In this document: positions 43,560 through 54,327 of the stretch, piece after piece
Layout of the letters: the number at the start of each line of letters is the position of its first letter
Position numbering within the stretch: position 1 is the stretch's first letter
Made by a program: the position numbers and the translations under genes
Notes under the pieces: generated by a model
What the model saw: the letters and a program-made list of their open reading frames with translations, nothing else
Databases searched by the model: none
What the model was told of the DNA's origin: nothing
NCBI GenBank assembly: GCA_965207445.1
Contig: CBDBLX010000002.1
Location: forward strand, 992,001 to 1,056,000
DNA length: 64,000 nucleotides
DNA from: Nitrosopumilus sp.
GTDB taxonomy: Archaea > Thermoproteota > Nitrososphaeria > Nitrososphaerales > Nitrosopumilaceae
Direction: 5' to 3'

Positions 43560-44252
43560 TTGTTTGTCATAAATTGTAAAAACTATCCCCAAATCTCAAC
43601 TATACCTAGACTCAAAAGATTGATTACATCTGCTGCAAAATCATCTGCTAAATATGACATTATGATCGGTATTGCGCCTCCTACACATCTACTGAGCACT
43701 GCAACATCATATATCAAAGATGAAAAATTTGATACTAGTAAAATACTTGTTTTGTCTCAACACGTTGATTGTCATGATGCAGGTAGCACCACTGGATATG
43801 TGATCGCAGAATTGTTAAAAAATATAGGTGTTGCAGGTTGCATTGTCAATCACAGCGAGCATCGTATCAAGCCTAGTGAGATAAAATGTGTGATTGACAA
43901 ACTCTCAAAATTACGCCTGCTCTCTGTGTTATGTGTTCGCAACATTAGAGAAGCAAAGACGTATGCTACTCAGATCCGTCCTGATTATGTGGCAATTGAG
44001 CCTCCTGAGCTCATAGGATCTGGCATGGCAGTATCTACACATAGACCAGAATTGATATCGCGTGCTGCAGATGCAATACGTGGCTCTACATCACAATTGT
44101 TGTGCGGTGCTGGAATCATATCTGGAACTGATGTTGCAAAGGCAATCGAACTGGGCTCAAATGGAATATTGGTTGCAAGTGGCATAATTAAAAAAGATAC
44201 AAAATGGAGCAGTGCTATATCTGATCTTGCAAAACCTCTTGCCAACTACTAG
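43560..44252 (+). CDS. tpiA: Archaeal-type triosephosphate isomerase
   Basis: INCKNY, NHSEHR, AIEPPELIGSG, LCGAGI and GILVASG. Confidence 0.95.
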   Translation: MFVINCKNYPQISTIPRLKRLITSAAKSSAKYDIMIGIAPPTHLLSTATSYIKDEKFDTSKILVLSQHVDCHDAGSTTGYVIAELLKNIGVAGCIVNHSEHRIKPSEIKCVIDKLSKLRLLSVLCVRNIREAKTYATQIRPDYVAIEPPELIGSGMAVSTHRPELISRAADAIRGSTSQLLCGAGIISGTDVAKAIELGSNGILVASGIIKKDTKWSSAISDLAKPLANY

Positions 44253-44498
44253 TAGAGATCATTTTGGATTGAGTAATACACGAATTACCAAGAGTGCAAA
44301 CTGATTACCCTTGTATTAAAAAACAAGATCCAATTTTAGATCTCATATCAACTGTTTTTGTGTTATCTTTGTTTGTATTGGTGCAAGCCCATTGAGAACA
44401 CACAGTCAACTAGTACCAAGAGTCATGGCTTGCACAAAACACCTGCAAACCAATTATAATCTAGAACACTTTGAGATAGATATACACATCTAGTCTTA

Positions 44499-44603
44499 AG
44501 TGAGAGTCTACATGCAGTGCCATTTACAACAGCGCATAGTTGGATAAAGCAATGTACTGGGGGATAGATTGAGTGAGAGTCTACATACGGTGCCATTTAC
44601 AAC
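44499..44603. repeat. Two 32-bp direct repeats separated by 41 bp, upstream of ppdK
   Basis: AGTGAGAGTCTACAT(G/A)C(A/G)GTGCCATTTACAAC at 44499-44530 and 44572-44603 (30/32 identical). Confidence 0.85.
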
Positions 44604-44658
44604 TTTAGATTCGTATGGCAATTGGTTTAATACACCCTTCATAGACGTATTCATTACA

Positions 44659-47355
44659 ATGAATAAAGAGATATATGCATTTGAAGAAGGTAGCGGGCAG
44701 GATCGTAAACTGTTAGGTGGCAAAGGTGCTGGCCTATGTGAGATGACTTCACTACGCCTTCCAGTTCCTCCAGGATTTACGATAACAACCAAAGTGTGTG
44801 ATGAATATTATAAAAATGGGAGAACATTACCAAATGGCCTTTTAGATAATGTAAAAAAACACATTACAAAGATGGGAAAAAAAACTGGCAAAACTTGGGG
44901 CTCTTCTGAGAATCCATTACTTGTATCTGTTAGGTCCGGAGCTGCAATATCGATGCCTGGTATGATGGATACCATACTTAATCTAGGACTTAATGATAAC
45001 ACTGTCAAAGGATTGGCGCAAAAGAGCTCTAATCCTAGATTTGCATGGGACTCGTACAGGCGGTTTGTTCAGTTATTTGGCAAGGTTGTGTTTGGAATTG
45101 ATGACAAGTTGTTTGATGATGTGATGGATGCAAAAAAGAGATCCCTGAATGCAAAAAATGACTCTGATCTGGATACAGAGTCATTACAACAACTAACCGC
45201 ATCATTCAAAGATATATGTGCAAAAGAGGGGCATAAATTCCCTACTGATCCTACTGTACAGCTAAAACTTGCAATAACTGCTGTCTTTGATAGCTGGATG
45301 GGTGAGCGAGCAAAAGTATATCGTGCAAAAAACCATATCACAAAAGATGTGGCAGCAGGTACTGCTGTCAATGTGGTTGCAATGGTGTTTGGAAATATGG
45401 GTGATGACAGTGCTACTGGCGTTGTGTTTACACGAAATCCTGGTGATGGGTCTAGGCAAATTTATGGTGACTATTTGAAAAATGCACAAGGTGAAGATGT
45501 GGTTGCAGGTGTCAGGACTGGAAAACATGTAGATGAGATGAAAAAAGAGATGCCAAAGTCATACGAGCAACTTGTAAAGACGTGTAATATGCTAGAGCGT
45601 CATTTCAGAGAGCCTCAAGATATAGAATTTACAATAGAGCAAGGGAAATTTTACCTGTTGCAAACACGTAATGCCAAAATGAATGCAACGAGTATGGTAC
45701 GTACATCAATTGAGATGGTAAATGAAAGGATGATAAACAAAGAAAAAGCCATCACTAGATTAAACGCAGAGCAGTTAGAACAACTATTACATGATATGAT
45801 TGACCCAACTGAGATGAAAAAGTACGATGAGGTTGCAAAAGGTATTGCCGCATCTCCTGGGGCTGCAAGTGGGGCTGCAATATTTGATGTTAAGCAAGCC
45901 ACTGAAATGGGAAAGGACGGACAAGATGTCATATTGGTTCGAGAAGAGACAAAGCCTGAGGATGTTCCTGCATTCTTTGAGTCACTAGGAATACTAACTA
46001 GCCGCGGTGGCAAATCGTCTCATGCTGCAGTAGTTGCACGGGGGATGGGCAAACCTTGCATCGTTGGATGCTCTAATCTCAAAATTACTGACAACTATTG
46101 CGTCACTGCTAGTGGCACAAAGATATCAAAAGGTGATATCATAACAATTGATGGTAGTACTGGTGCTGTATACAAGGGTGCAATACCTACAATAAAACCA
46201 AAGATAACTGCTGAGTTTAGACAGATTCTCAATTGGGCAACAAAAGCAAAACGACTTGGTATTCGTGCCAATGCCGATACACCCGAAGCTGCAAAACGAG
46301 CACGCGAGTATGGTGCAAATGGTATTGGGTTGTGTAGAACAGAGCGCATGTTCAATCAAAGTGATCGATTAAGCTTGTTTGTTGATATGATAATGGAAAA
46401 AGATACAACGCAGCGTGAAATACTGTTAAAGAAACTCGGACGACTTCAAAAAAGTGACTTTGTCAAGATACTTCAAGTCATGCAAGGATATCCAGTCACT
46501 ATACGATTATTGGACCCTCCACTGCACGAATTTTTACCAGATCCACAAAAACAAGAAGTAGATCTACGCAAATTAACAAATGCACAAAAACGTGACAAGT
46601 CCATAAAAAATGATGATATAGAACATGCACGTGCCAAACTTGAGCGTGCAAAGGAACTAGCAGAGGTCAATCCGATGATGGGTCATCGTGGTGTACGTGT
46701 TGGTGTGACGTATCCTGAGATATATCGCATGCAGATTCGCGCTGTATTTGAGGCACTTGCCGTATTGACCAAAAAAGGAATAAAAGCACATCCGCAGATC
46801 ATGATACCTCAAATTAGTAGCATTGATGAGTTGAATCACATCAAAGCGATATATGACGATGTAAAGCGGCAGGTACAAAAGGAAAATAATAATATCAAAC
46901 TAAAGGTAAACTTTGGTACCATGATCGAAGTAGTTCGAGCTGCTTTGACTGCTGACCAACTTGCCAACACCGCTGAGTTCTTTAGTTTTGGTACTAATGA
47001 CTTGACTCAGGGAACATTTAGTTTTAGCAGAGAAGATGTAGAAGGCAAGTTTATTCCAGAGTATCTTGACAAGGGACTGTTGGAGCAAAATCCATTTCAG
47101 TCAATTGATGAGTTTGGTGTGGGCCGATTGATGAGACATGCAATATCACTTGGTCGTCAAAAATCTAAAAACTTGGAAGTTGGTATATGTGGTGAGCATG
47201 GCGGTGACCCACAGTCTGTAATCTTTTGTCATAATGAGCACTTGAACTATGTTAGTGCATCTCCGCACCGTATCCCCATTGCAATTGTAGCTGCTGCGCA
47301 GGCAACTATTACACAAAAACACAATGTACATCATAAAACAAAATCAAAAAAGTAA
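44659..47355 (+). CDS. ppdK: Pyruvate, phosphate dikinase
   Basis: LLGGKGAGL, SVRSGAAISMPGMMDT, the phospho-His motif SSHAAVVAR, GLCRTE, FSFGTNDL and GICGEHGG. Likely start MNKEIY. Confidence 0.97.
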   Translation: MNKEIYAFEEGSGQDRKLLGGKGAGLCEMTSLRLPVPPGFTITTKVCDEYYKNGRTLPNGLLDNVKKHITKMGKKTGKTWGSSENPLLVSVRSGAAISMPGMMDTILNLGLNDNTVKGLAQKSSNPRFAWDSYRRFVQLFGKVVFGIDDKLFDDVMDAKKRSLNAKNDSDLDTESLQQLTASFKDICAKEGHKFPTDPTVQLKLAITAVFDSWMGERAKVYRAKNHITKDVAAGTAVNVVAMVFGNMGDDSATGVVFTRNPGDGSRQIYGDYLKNAQGEDVVAGVRTGKHVDEMKKEMPKSYEQLVKTCNMLERHFREPQDIEFTIEQGKFYLLQTRNAKMNATSMVRTSIEMVNERMINKEKAITRLNAEQLEQLLHDMIDPTEMKKYDEVAKGIAASPGAASGAAIFDVKQATEMGKDGQDVILVREETKPEDVPAFFESLGILTSRGGKSSHAAVVARGMGKPCIVGCSNLKITDNYCVTASGTKISKGDIITIDGSTGAVYKGAIPTIKPKITAEFRQILNWATKAKRLGIRANADTPEAAKRAREYGANGIGLCRTERMFNQSDRLSLFVDMIMEKDTTQREILLKKLGRLQKSDFVKILQVMQGYPVTIRLLDPPLHEFLPDPQKQEVDLRKLTNAQKRDKSIKNDDIEHARAKLERAKELAEVNPMMGHRGVRVGVTYPEIYRMQIRAVFEALAVLTKKGIKAHPQIMIPQISSIDELNHIKAIYDDVKRQVQKENNNIKLKVNFGTMIEVVRAALTADQLANTAEFFSFGTNDLTQGTFSFSREDVEGKFIPEYLDKGLLEQNPFQSIDEFGVGRLMRHAISLGRQKSKNLEVGICGEHGGDPQSVIFCHNEHLNYVSASPHRIPIAIVAAAQATITQKHNVHHKTKSKK

Positions 47356-47669
47356 ATACTATTATTTTTTGTTAACTGTTTGTTTGAATAATATATGATG
47401 ATGTAATTAATATGATTATATATTATAAGATGTATTATATGATATATGACTTAATATATTATACAATATAATATATTATATAATATATTATGTAATATAT
47501 TGTGTAAATTATATGTTTATAAACAAAACATTTGACATTTGTTCTAACATTTGATTATATCTACAACAATTTGGTGTTAAAACACATCAGAGCGCGCATT
47601 ACTATTGAATAATATACTAAAACTATTTTTCACATAAACAAACAATAGACACCTGTAATTTGTAAATTC

Positions 47670-48230
47670 ATGCTACCTAGAATAGAGTCTATCAAGCAGA
47701 TGCGACAAAAAATTTCGATCACACAAAAGAAACTTGCAGATATGACCGGTGTTAGCACATCTATGATAAATCAGATAGAATCAGGCCGAACAAAGCCTAG
47801 TTATGATACTGCAAGAAAGATATTTGATGCGTTGGCAAAACTAGAGGGACAGACATATTCTAGTTGTGCAGGTGACTTTTGTAGTTTTGATATTATAATG
47901 CTTGAGCCGACAGACACCCTTCATGAGGCAGTAAAGACTATGCATCACCATTCTATTAGTCAAATTCCAATATTTGAACATAAAACAAATGTAGTAGGAC
48001 TCATTACAGAAGACGGTATTGTAAAACATCTCTCAGATGTAGGTGAGTCTGGACTCAAAAAGGCAAAAATATCTGAAAAGATGGATTCTCCACCTCCTAT
48101 CGTTGATTACAAAACCCCTGCAAACGTACTTGTTCCTTTGATCAGATATTCAAAGTGTATACTTGTCTCAAAAGAATCGAGAATAGTTGGTATAATTACT
48201 GCTTCAGATACACTCAAGATTATGGAGTGA
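47670..48230 (+). CDS. Cro/C1-type HTH plus CBS-pair transcriptional regulator
   Basis: ITQKKLA..GVSTSMINQIESG..PSY followed by two CBS domains. Confidence 0.92.
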   Translation: MLPRIESIKQMRQKISITQKKLADMTGVSTSMINQIESGRTKPSYDTARKIFDALAKLEGQTYSSCAGDFCSFDIIMLEPTDTLHEAVKTMHHHSISQIPIFEHKTNVVGLITEDGIVKHLSDVGESGLKKAKISEKMDSPPPIVDYKTPANVLVPLIRYSKCILVSKESRIVGIITASDTLKIME

Positions 48231-48239
48231 TGACAAGCA

Positions 48240-48570
48240 GTTATGGTTAGTGAAAGATATGTTTATTCTTTTGCTAACATCCCTTAGGATCGGCATACTG
48301 TGAACATGCAGGAATTAAATTTTCCCCAATATGAGGTCGGACTTGTTTGTCTTTTTTACGGCTTGTTATGATATACAGTATACGTGACAGTTTATGTTTT
48401 TACTTGCGTGACTGCATCAAGATCATCTCTGGCAAATCGTAACCATTTCAGTGCCTCTTCCCATGCACATTTGATCGTTCATATAACATTTAATCTCTTT
48501 AAAAACTACATAAATCACAATGCCAATTATGTGTAGTTTTCTATCTACCTCATCAGGAATTCGATGATAT
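48240..48570 (-). pseudogene. Decayed MNT-HEPN toxin-antitoxin remnant
   Basis: Minus strand reads WEEALKWLRFARDDLDAV...*QAVKKTNK (HEPN N-terminal pattern) with stops and frameshifts. It is preceded by PDEVDRKLHIIGIVIYVVFKE, which resembles an MNT C-terminus. Confidence 0.5.
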
Positions 48571-48615
48571 CTTTACTTGTGGATATATAATCTAACATAT
48601 ATCGTGTTGCCATTT

Positions 48616-49023
48616 TCACTCTGGATGCTCGCACAGTTCTGTCAGCACACCATATAATGACTTTGGATGTATGAACGTGACTTTGGTTCCTTCGGAACCA
48701 TCCCTTACATCGCCTAAAAATCTCACATCAGCATCTGTCTTCATTCTACTCACCTCATCATGTATATCCGGTGTTGCTAGTGCCATGTGGTGCAATCCTG
48801 GTCCTCTCGTGTCTAGGAATTTTTTAATCGGACTAGTGTCCCTTGTAGGTTGCATCAACTCTATTCTTCCATTATCCATGCGAATTATTGCTACTTTGAC
48901 ACCTTCTGATTCTACTGTTTCATATTCTACTGTCTTTGCGCCGAGAGCCTTTTTGTATACTTGGGCCGCTGCCTCTACATCATTTACTGCAATTGCTATA
49001 TGATCTATTTTCATCATTGTCAT
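48616..49023 (-). CDS. mce: Methylmalonyl-CoA epimerase
   Basis: IDHIAIAV, IELMQP, GLHHMA and FIHPKS..GVLTEL. Confidence 0.95.
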   Translation of the reverse strand: MTMMKIDHIAIAVNDVEAAAQVYKKALGAKTVEYETVESEGVKVAIIRMDNGRIELMQPTRDTSPIKKFLDTRGPGLHHMALATPDIHDEVSRMKTDADVRFLGDVRDGSEGTKVTFIHPKSLYGVLTELCEHPE

Positions 49024-49028
49024 ATTTA

Positions 49029-50654
49029 TTAGAACACCTCCTTTGGCTCATATTTGCCAAATACGTCTCTAAACACATTACTTATCTCACCTGTTGTTGC
49101 ATATGCTTTTGCCGCATTGATGATATGTGGCATCAGATTCTCATCTGGTTTTGTCGCAGCTATATCTGATAACCTTACTAGTGCCTTTGAGCACTTGTTT
49201 GCATCTCGTGATGCACGTAATTCTTTTAGTGCCTTTTTTTGCTGTCGTTCTACTTTGTTTCCTATTCGAAGTAGTTTTGGTTGTTTTTCATCTACATCCT
49301 GATACTTGTTGACTCCGACTATTATTCTCTGCAAATCATCTGTCTCTTTTTTAAGTCTGTATGCGTTTTGTCTTATCTCTGATTGGAAGAATCCTCGCTC
49401 AATTGCCTTTACAGAGCCTCCCATCTTCCGTATCTTTTTGAGATACCGCCATACATCATCTTCCATTTTGGAACACAAGTCTTCTAAATAGTGTGAGCCT
49501 CCCATCGGGTCAACTGTTTTTGTAATACCTGACTCATGTGCCATTATCTGCTGTGTACGTAATGCAATCTTGGCAGACTCTTGTGTTGGAAGCGCTAGTG
49601 CTTCGTCACGTGAGTTTGTATGCAGAGATTGTGTACCTCCTAGTACTGCTGCCATTGTCTGAATCGCAACTCGGACTATGTTGTTGTCTGGTTGCTGTGC
49701 AGTCAATGATTCTCCGCTTGTCTGGGTGTGAAATTTCAATTGCATTGATTTTGGATTCTTTGCATGAAACATCTCCCGTAGTATGCGTGCATATACTGTA
49801 CGTGCCACTCGAAACTTTGCTATTTCTTCGAAAAACTCTATTGTACAACAGAAAAAGAATGAAAGTCTGGGTGCAAAATCATCTATACGTAATCCGCGCT
49901 CAATGCATGTCTCAATATATGCAATCGCATTTGCAAGTGTAAATGCCACCTCTTGTGTAGCGGTACATCCTGCCTCTCTCATGTGATATCCTGATATTGA
50001 TACTGGATACCATGATGGTACCTCTTTTGCACAGTATGCGATCATGTCGCCGATTAGCCGCATGGATGGTGCCGGTGGATAAATGTAGGTGTTTCTTGCA
50101 ATGTATTCTTTTAATATGTCATTTTGAGTGGTACCTCGAAGCTGTGCAGGTGTGAATCCTTGTGATTGACCTACTGTAATATAATATGCTAGTAGTGTGG
50201 ATGCTGTAGAGTTTATCGTCATTGATGTGCTGACCTTGCCAAGTGGAATGCCATCGAATGCTTGATGCATATCTTTGATTGATGTAATTGATACTCCAAC
50301 CTTACCAACTTCACCTTCTGCTTGTGGTGCATCAGAGTCATACCCTATCTGAGTTGGCAAGTCAAAGGCCATGCTGAGTCCTGTCTGTCCCTTTTCAAGC
50401 ATAAACTTGAAACGCTCATTTGTAAGTTTGGCATCTCCGAACCCAGAGTACTGTCGCATAGTCCAGAATCTATCACGGTACATTCCTTCATGTATGCCAC
50501 GTGTGAATGGATATTTACCTGCGTCTGGTACTGTATATTTTTTTGTATTATTGTGTTTGTATATGCGCTTTACCTCAAAATTAGAATCAGTGAATATCTC
50601 TTTTTTTTGCGTCTTGTCATCACTTGCATTTTTGGATACCATTGTATGTGCCAC
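49029..50654 (-). CDS. Methylmalonyl-CoA mutase, large (substrate-binding) subunit
   Basis: YPFTRG, WTMRQYSGF, QNDILKEY, SISGYH and QSLHTNS.DEA; no B12-binding domain. Confidence 0.96.
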   Translation of the reverse strand: MAHTMVSKNASDDKTQKKEIFTDSNFEVKRIYKHNNTKKYTVPDAGKYPFTRGIHEGMYRDRFWTMRQYSGFGDAKLTNERFKFMLEKGQTGLSMAFDLPTQIGYDSDAPQAEGEVGKVGVSITSIKDMHQAFDGIPLGKVSTSMTINSTASTLLAYYITVGQSQGFTPAQLRGTTQNDILKEYIARNTYIYPPAPSMRLIGDMIAYCAKEVPSWYPVSISGYHMREAGCTATQEVAFTLANAIAYIETCIERGLRIDDFAPRLSFFFCCTIEFFEEIAKFRVARTVYARILREMFHAKNPKSMQLKFHTQTSGESLTAQQPDNNIVRVAIQTMAAVLGGTQSLHTNSRDEALALPTQESAKIALRTQQIMAHESGITKTVDPMGGSHYLEDLCSKMEDDVWRYLKKIRKMGGSVKAIERGFFQSEIRQNAYRLKKETDDLQRIIVGVNKYQDVDEKQPKLLRIGNKVERQQKKALKELRASRDANKCSKALVRLSDIAATKPDENLMPHIINAAKAYATTGEISNVFRDVFGKYEPKEVF

Positions 50655-50876
50655 ATATCACATATTTAAAAATCTAAAAAATGACACGATTAATCATGTT
50701 TTGTGCTACTTGAGTGCACTGGATATGAATTTTTAAAAGATCGTGTTTAGGTGTTGTTTTTTGTTATTATGATAAACAGGCCGTTTGAATAGTTGATGGT
50801 CATTGACATTTAATTATTGGGTGATTTTTTTGGGATTACATACACTAGTATACTTCTCTGCGCGCGGTGATTGATA

Positions 50877-51316
50877 TGACTGACATCATCATACTCCTTT
50901 TTGTTTTTGCATTCGTGATCGCAGCGCTTGCGGTGATCATGTTCAAACAGAACCAAAAGATCGAGCGCGCAAACGCAGATAAACACCAAGCCCTTGTAGC
51001 ACAACGGCAACAATATGAAACAAAACACAAGCAAGCATTAAAGGCACAACGAAGCATCACGAAAGGACAGATAACAGAACACATGTTGCCTGTCATGAAA
51101 GAATTCCGCGACAAGCACAACTTGAATGACGCGCGCTTTGTGGGCAAACCCATAGACTACATAGTATTTGATGGGCTGGCGGATGGCACAGATGTAACGG
51201 TTACGTTTGTAGAGTGCAAGACAGGCAAGTCACAACTGAACGCGAACGAAAGGTCCGTACGGGATGCGATCGACAACAAGCGCGTAAAGTGGGAAATCAT
51301 ACGCATAGACGGCTAG
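50877..51316 (+). CDS. Membrane-anchored Holliday-junction-resolvase-like endonuclease (Endonuc_Holl type)
   Basis: N-terminal TM helix and coiled coil, then GQITEHMLP, RFVGKPIDYIVFDG and FVECKTG (PD-(D/E)XK). Confidence 0.85.
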
Positions 51317-51877
51317 CAACAGACACACTCTCTCTCTTTTTTTGATCAGTATATTTATCGATATAATCCCCTTTTTTCAGGTTTTATTACTTTGATTGTT
51401 GATGTATTTTCTGGACTGGCATATTGTTATTGTGGGCATCTTTTTAAAATGTTGAACTAAAAACAAGTATCTTTGTTATGGTGTTTGCGTGTGTGTGTAC
51501 AATGAGATAACATATTTAGAAAAATTATGTGATCTATACGATCTATGTCAACAAAGTTACTGATTAAATACAAAGTGTATGGTGATGGTAAATGGAAAAT
51601 ATTCATTGGCAACAATACATGTTTAACATATTGGGTCGAGATGATGATCAACTGTCAATTCCTTGTTATGTGACTGTGTTTGTATAATACAGATATTATT
51701 GGTATTGTCATCATATGTATTTCTGAACTATCTGTGGTAGTGAGAAAGGAAAAAAGACAAAAGGAGAAGAAAAGTAAAAATAAAGCCTATACGAGGAAGC
51801 GTCCAAATTACCAACAATTATGACAATAATTTTTTTACATCATAACTTCTTTTTACCTGATATTACATACTGTAACC

Positions 51878-52321
51878 ATGGATAAGACGATTGAAAAATA
51901 TGGTGCCATGTTTGTATTAGATACAAATGTTGTAATTCGTGCCTGTGAAGACAAAGCTTTTGCGCAGCATGTCAGGGCGTGTATGGGAGCAAACACATCT
52001 GAGATTGTAATAAACTCCAAAGTAGAGTCAGAACTGATGCGAAATGGACTTTCTATGGACATTGTACCTGTAATACTAAAAGCCAATCTTAATGTTGATG
52101 ATATACAATATCGCGTTATATCTGATAAAGAACATAATGGTGCCAAATGGCTTGAGCAGAGACATAAAACATTGCATCGAGGTGACAGTGACATTTTGGC
52201 ATTTGCACATACTCACGGGTTTGTGCTACTCACATGCGATACGGGGTTGATAAAAGCAGCACGTGATGTGGGGGTAAAATGCATCAACCCTGATACTAGA
52301 AAACGTCACAAGTCTCTTTAA
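51878..52321 (+). CDS. PIN-domain protein (VapC-like)
   Basis: FVLDTNVVI, VESEL, GDSDILAFA and LLTCD. Confidence 0.85.
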   Translation: MDKTIEKYGAMFVLDTNVVIRACEDKAFAQHVRACMGANTSEIVINSKVESELMRNGLSMDIVPVILKANLNVDDIQYRVISDKEHNGAKWLEQRHKTLHRGDSDILAFAHTHGFVLLTCDTGLIKAARDVGVKCINPDTRKRHKSL

Positions 52322-52438
52322 GATTATCTAAATTCAAAATTATGAATTTGATATAATCATATGTTATGTAATGTCCATTTAAAGACACACTGTTTATTTT
52401 TACCAATTATAACATATCAATAATGCATTTGTCGCAGA

Positions 52439-53449
52439 TTATTTTAACAGAGATTTTGTTATATAATCACTTACATTAAATGGATTGGACTTACACAACA
52501 CAAGCCTGTCTATGTATTTTTGAACCGATTTATCAGAGCCAAACATTTCATCGAGTTTTATACGTGCATTTGAGATTACCATATCATACACTTCTGATTT
52601 TAGTCGCAGACGTCTCTTTGATTCTGTGTATTGTTCTTTTGATTTTACATCTTTTGCTATTTTCATGAGTGTCTTTGCAAATTTTGTTATAGTGGTGTTT
52701 TGTTTTATTGATGTTTTTAGTACGATTTTAGATGTAGTGTTGTTATGTGATTGTGTAGTGCTATTGTTTTTAGAATGTGTGCTTTTTTTATTTGCATCAT
52801 TTTGTATGTCTATCTGCTCTGCTACAAAGTCACGAATTGCATCATATAATTTATCTGCTCCTGTCAAATCTGACTTGTTGACCACATAGATGTCACCAAT
52901 TTCTGTCAGTCCTGCTTTTATTGCTTGTATACTGTCCCCTGTATGGGGGTTGAACACTACAGTTGTAATGTCTACAATCTTTGATATGTCTACTTCTGTC
53001 TGTCCTGCCCCGACACTTTCGATTATAATTGGATCAAATCCTGCATACTCGAGTATTCGTATACTGTTTCTCAAAGATGCTGATACTGCTCCTGTAGCAC
53101 CTCTTGATGCGATGCTTCTGATGTATGTTCCTGTGTCTGCTGATTCTGTCATTCTGACACGATCCCCTAGTATGGCTCCTCCTGTAATGTGACTGGTTGG
53201 ATCTATTGCTAATACTGCAGGTGTTGTACCCATACGATTCAAAGCTACTACTGTCTTGTTGATCAATGAACTTTTACCTGCGCCTGCCGGACCTGTTATG
53301 CCTATTATTGTAGAATCTGTAGTCTTTGCAAATATTTTTTTGGCTAATTTACGTGCGTCTGTAGGATTGTTCTCAATTATTGTAATTGCTTTTGCAACTG
53401 CTCCGCGTTTGCCTTTTTTAAGATCGTTTAATAGTTTTGTTATATCCAT
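52439..53449 (-). CDS. meaB: Methylmalonyl-CoA mutase-associated GTPase MeaB/ArgK
   Basis: GITGPAGAGKSS, AIDPTS..GGAILGDRVRM, IESVGAGQ and VNKSD. Confidence 0.93.
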   Translation of the reverse strand: MDITKLLNDLKKGKRGAVAKAITIIENNPTDARKLAKKIFAKTTDSTIIGITGPAGAGKSSLINKTVVALNRMGTTPAVLAIDPTSHITGGAILGDRVRMTESADTGTYIRSIASRGATGAVSASLRNSIRILEYAGFDPIIIESVGAGQTEVDISKIVDITTVVFNPHTGDSIQAIKAGLTEIGDIYVVNKSDLTGADKLYDAIRDFVAEQIDIQNDANKKSTHSKNNSTTQSHNNTTSKIVLKTSIKQNTTITKFAKTLMKIAKDVKSKEQYTESKRRLRLKSEVYDMVISNARIKLDEMFGSDKSVQKYIDRLVLCKSNPFNVSDYITKSLLK

Positions 53450-53553
53450 GACATATCATTGCATAGAGTAGAATAAAACTTGTAAGATTACTTGTAATTA
53501 GATGTGTTAGTGTTTTGCACTCTCTCTGCGTGTGTGTATTTAGTTGATGGTTC

Positions 53554-53613
53554 GTTTATGACTGGTATGTTTGTGAATAGTATGTTTCTGAATGGTATGT
53601 TTCTGACTGGTGT
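53554..53613. repeat. Four 15-bp tandem repeats in the divergent meaB/HD intergenic region
   Basis: GTTTATGACTGGTAT, GTTTGTGAATAGTAT, GTTTCTGAATGGTAT, GTTTCTGACTGGTGT. Confidence 0.8.
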
Positions 53614-53670
53614 TGTGTGAGTTGAACAATTTTAATAAAGATATTTGTAAGATGTGCCCATCATATCATC

Positions 53671-54204
53671 ATGACACTTGTGGATGTTGCAAAGACTGCT
53701 GTTGGACTCAAAGACGTAAAGCGCTCTGGATGGATCAAAAGACTATCTATTGCAGACGGTGAATCTGTTGCAGATCATTCCTACTCTACTACTATCATAA
53801 GCATGTTGTTATCTGACAGTTTAAATCTTGACTCGGAGCGTGTGATGAAGATGGCACTCTTGCATGACTTGGCAGAGTCTAAGATTGGCGATATAATTCC
53901 AGGCCAGATATCAGATGCACTAAAGGAGAAAATTGAAACTAGTGCATTCTTTGAGATTGTATCTCTACTACCTGATAATTTAAAGTCTCAATATGTTTCA
54001 ATTTGGCAAGAATTTTGCGCAGGCAAAACTACTGAATCTCAGATAGTAAGACAAGCAGATAAACTTGAAATGTCTCTTCAAGCAGTCACATACAAAAACA
54101 AAGGACTAGCAACTGCAAAAGAGATTGAGATATTCTTAAACGCAACAGACAAAGTGATAACAGATGATACTGCAAGGGACTTTTTTACTAAACTTGTCAA
54201 CTAG
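53671..54204 (+). CDS. HD-domain hydrolase (YfbR/HDDC2-like)
   Basis: KRSGW, ESVADHS, LLHDLAE and ADKLE. Confidence 0.9.
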   Translation: MTLVDVAKTAVGLKDVKRSGWIKRLSIADGESVADHSYSTTIISMLLSDSLNLDSERVMKMALLHDLAESKIGDIIPGQISDALKEKIETSAFFEIVSLLPDNLKSQYVSIWQEFCAGKTTESQIVRQADKLEMSLQAVTYKNKGLATAKEIEIFLNATDKVITDDTARDFFTKLVN

Positions 54205-54327
54205 ATCAAATACAATGTCTCACATCTTTGAATCATTTTTGAGTTAAACGTGTATTGTTATATTGTTTTTAGATTTGATTTACTATCCATTACATAGAAT
54301 TTTAAACTGTTCACGCGTATATGATAC

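Noticed and set aside
44499..44603. CRISPR array
   Set aside because: Only two non-palindromic repeats, with no leader or cas genes; kept as an unexplained repeat.
47390..47520. Very AT-rich tract as a replication origin
   Set aside because: No ORB boxes or cdc6/orc1 gene nearby; it looks like low-complexity TA sequence.
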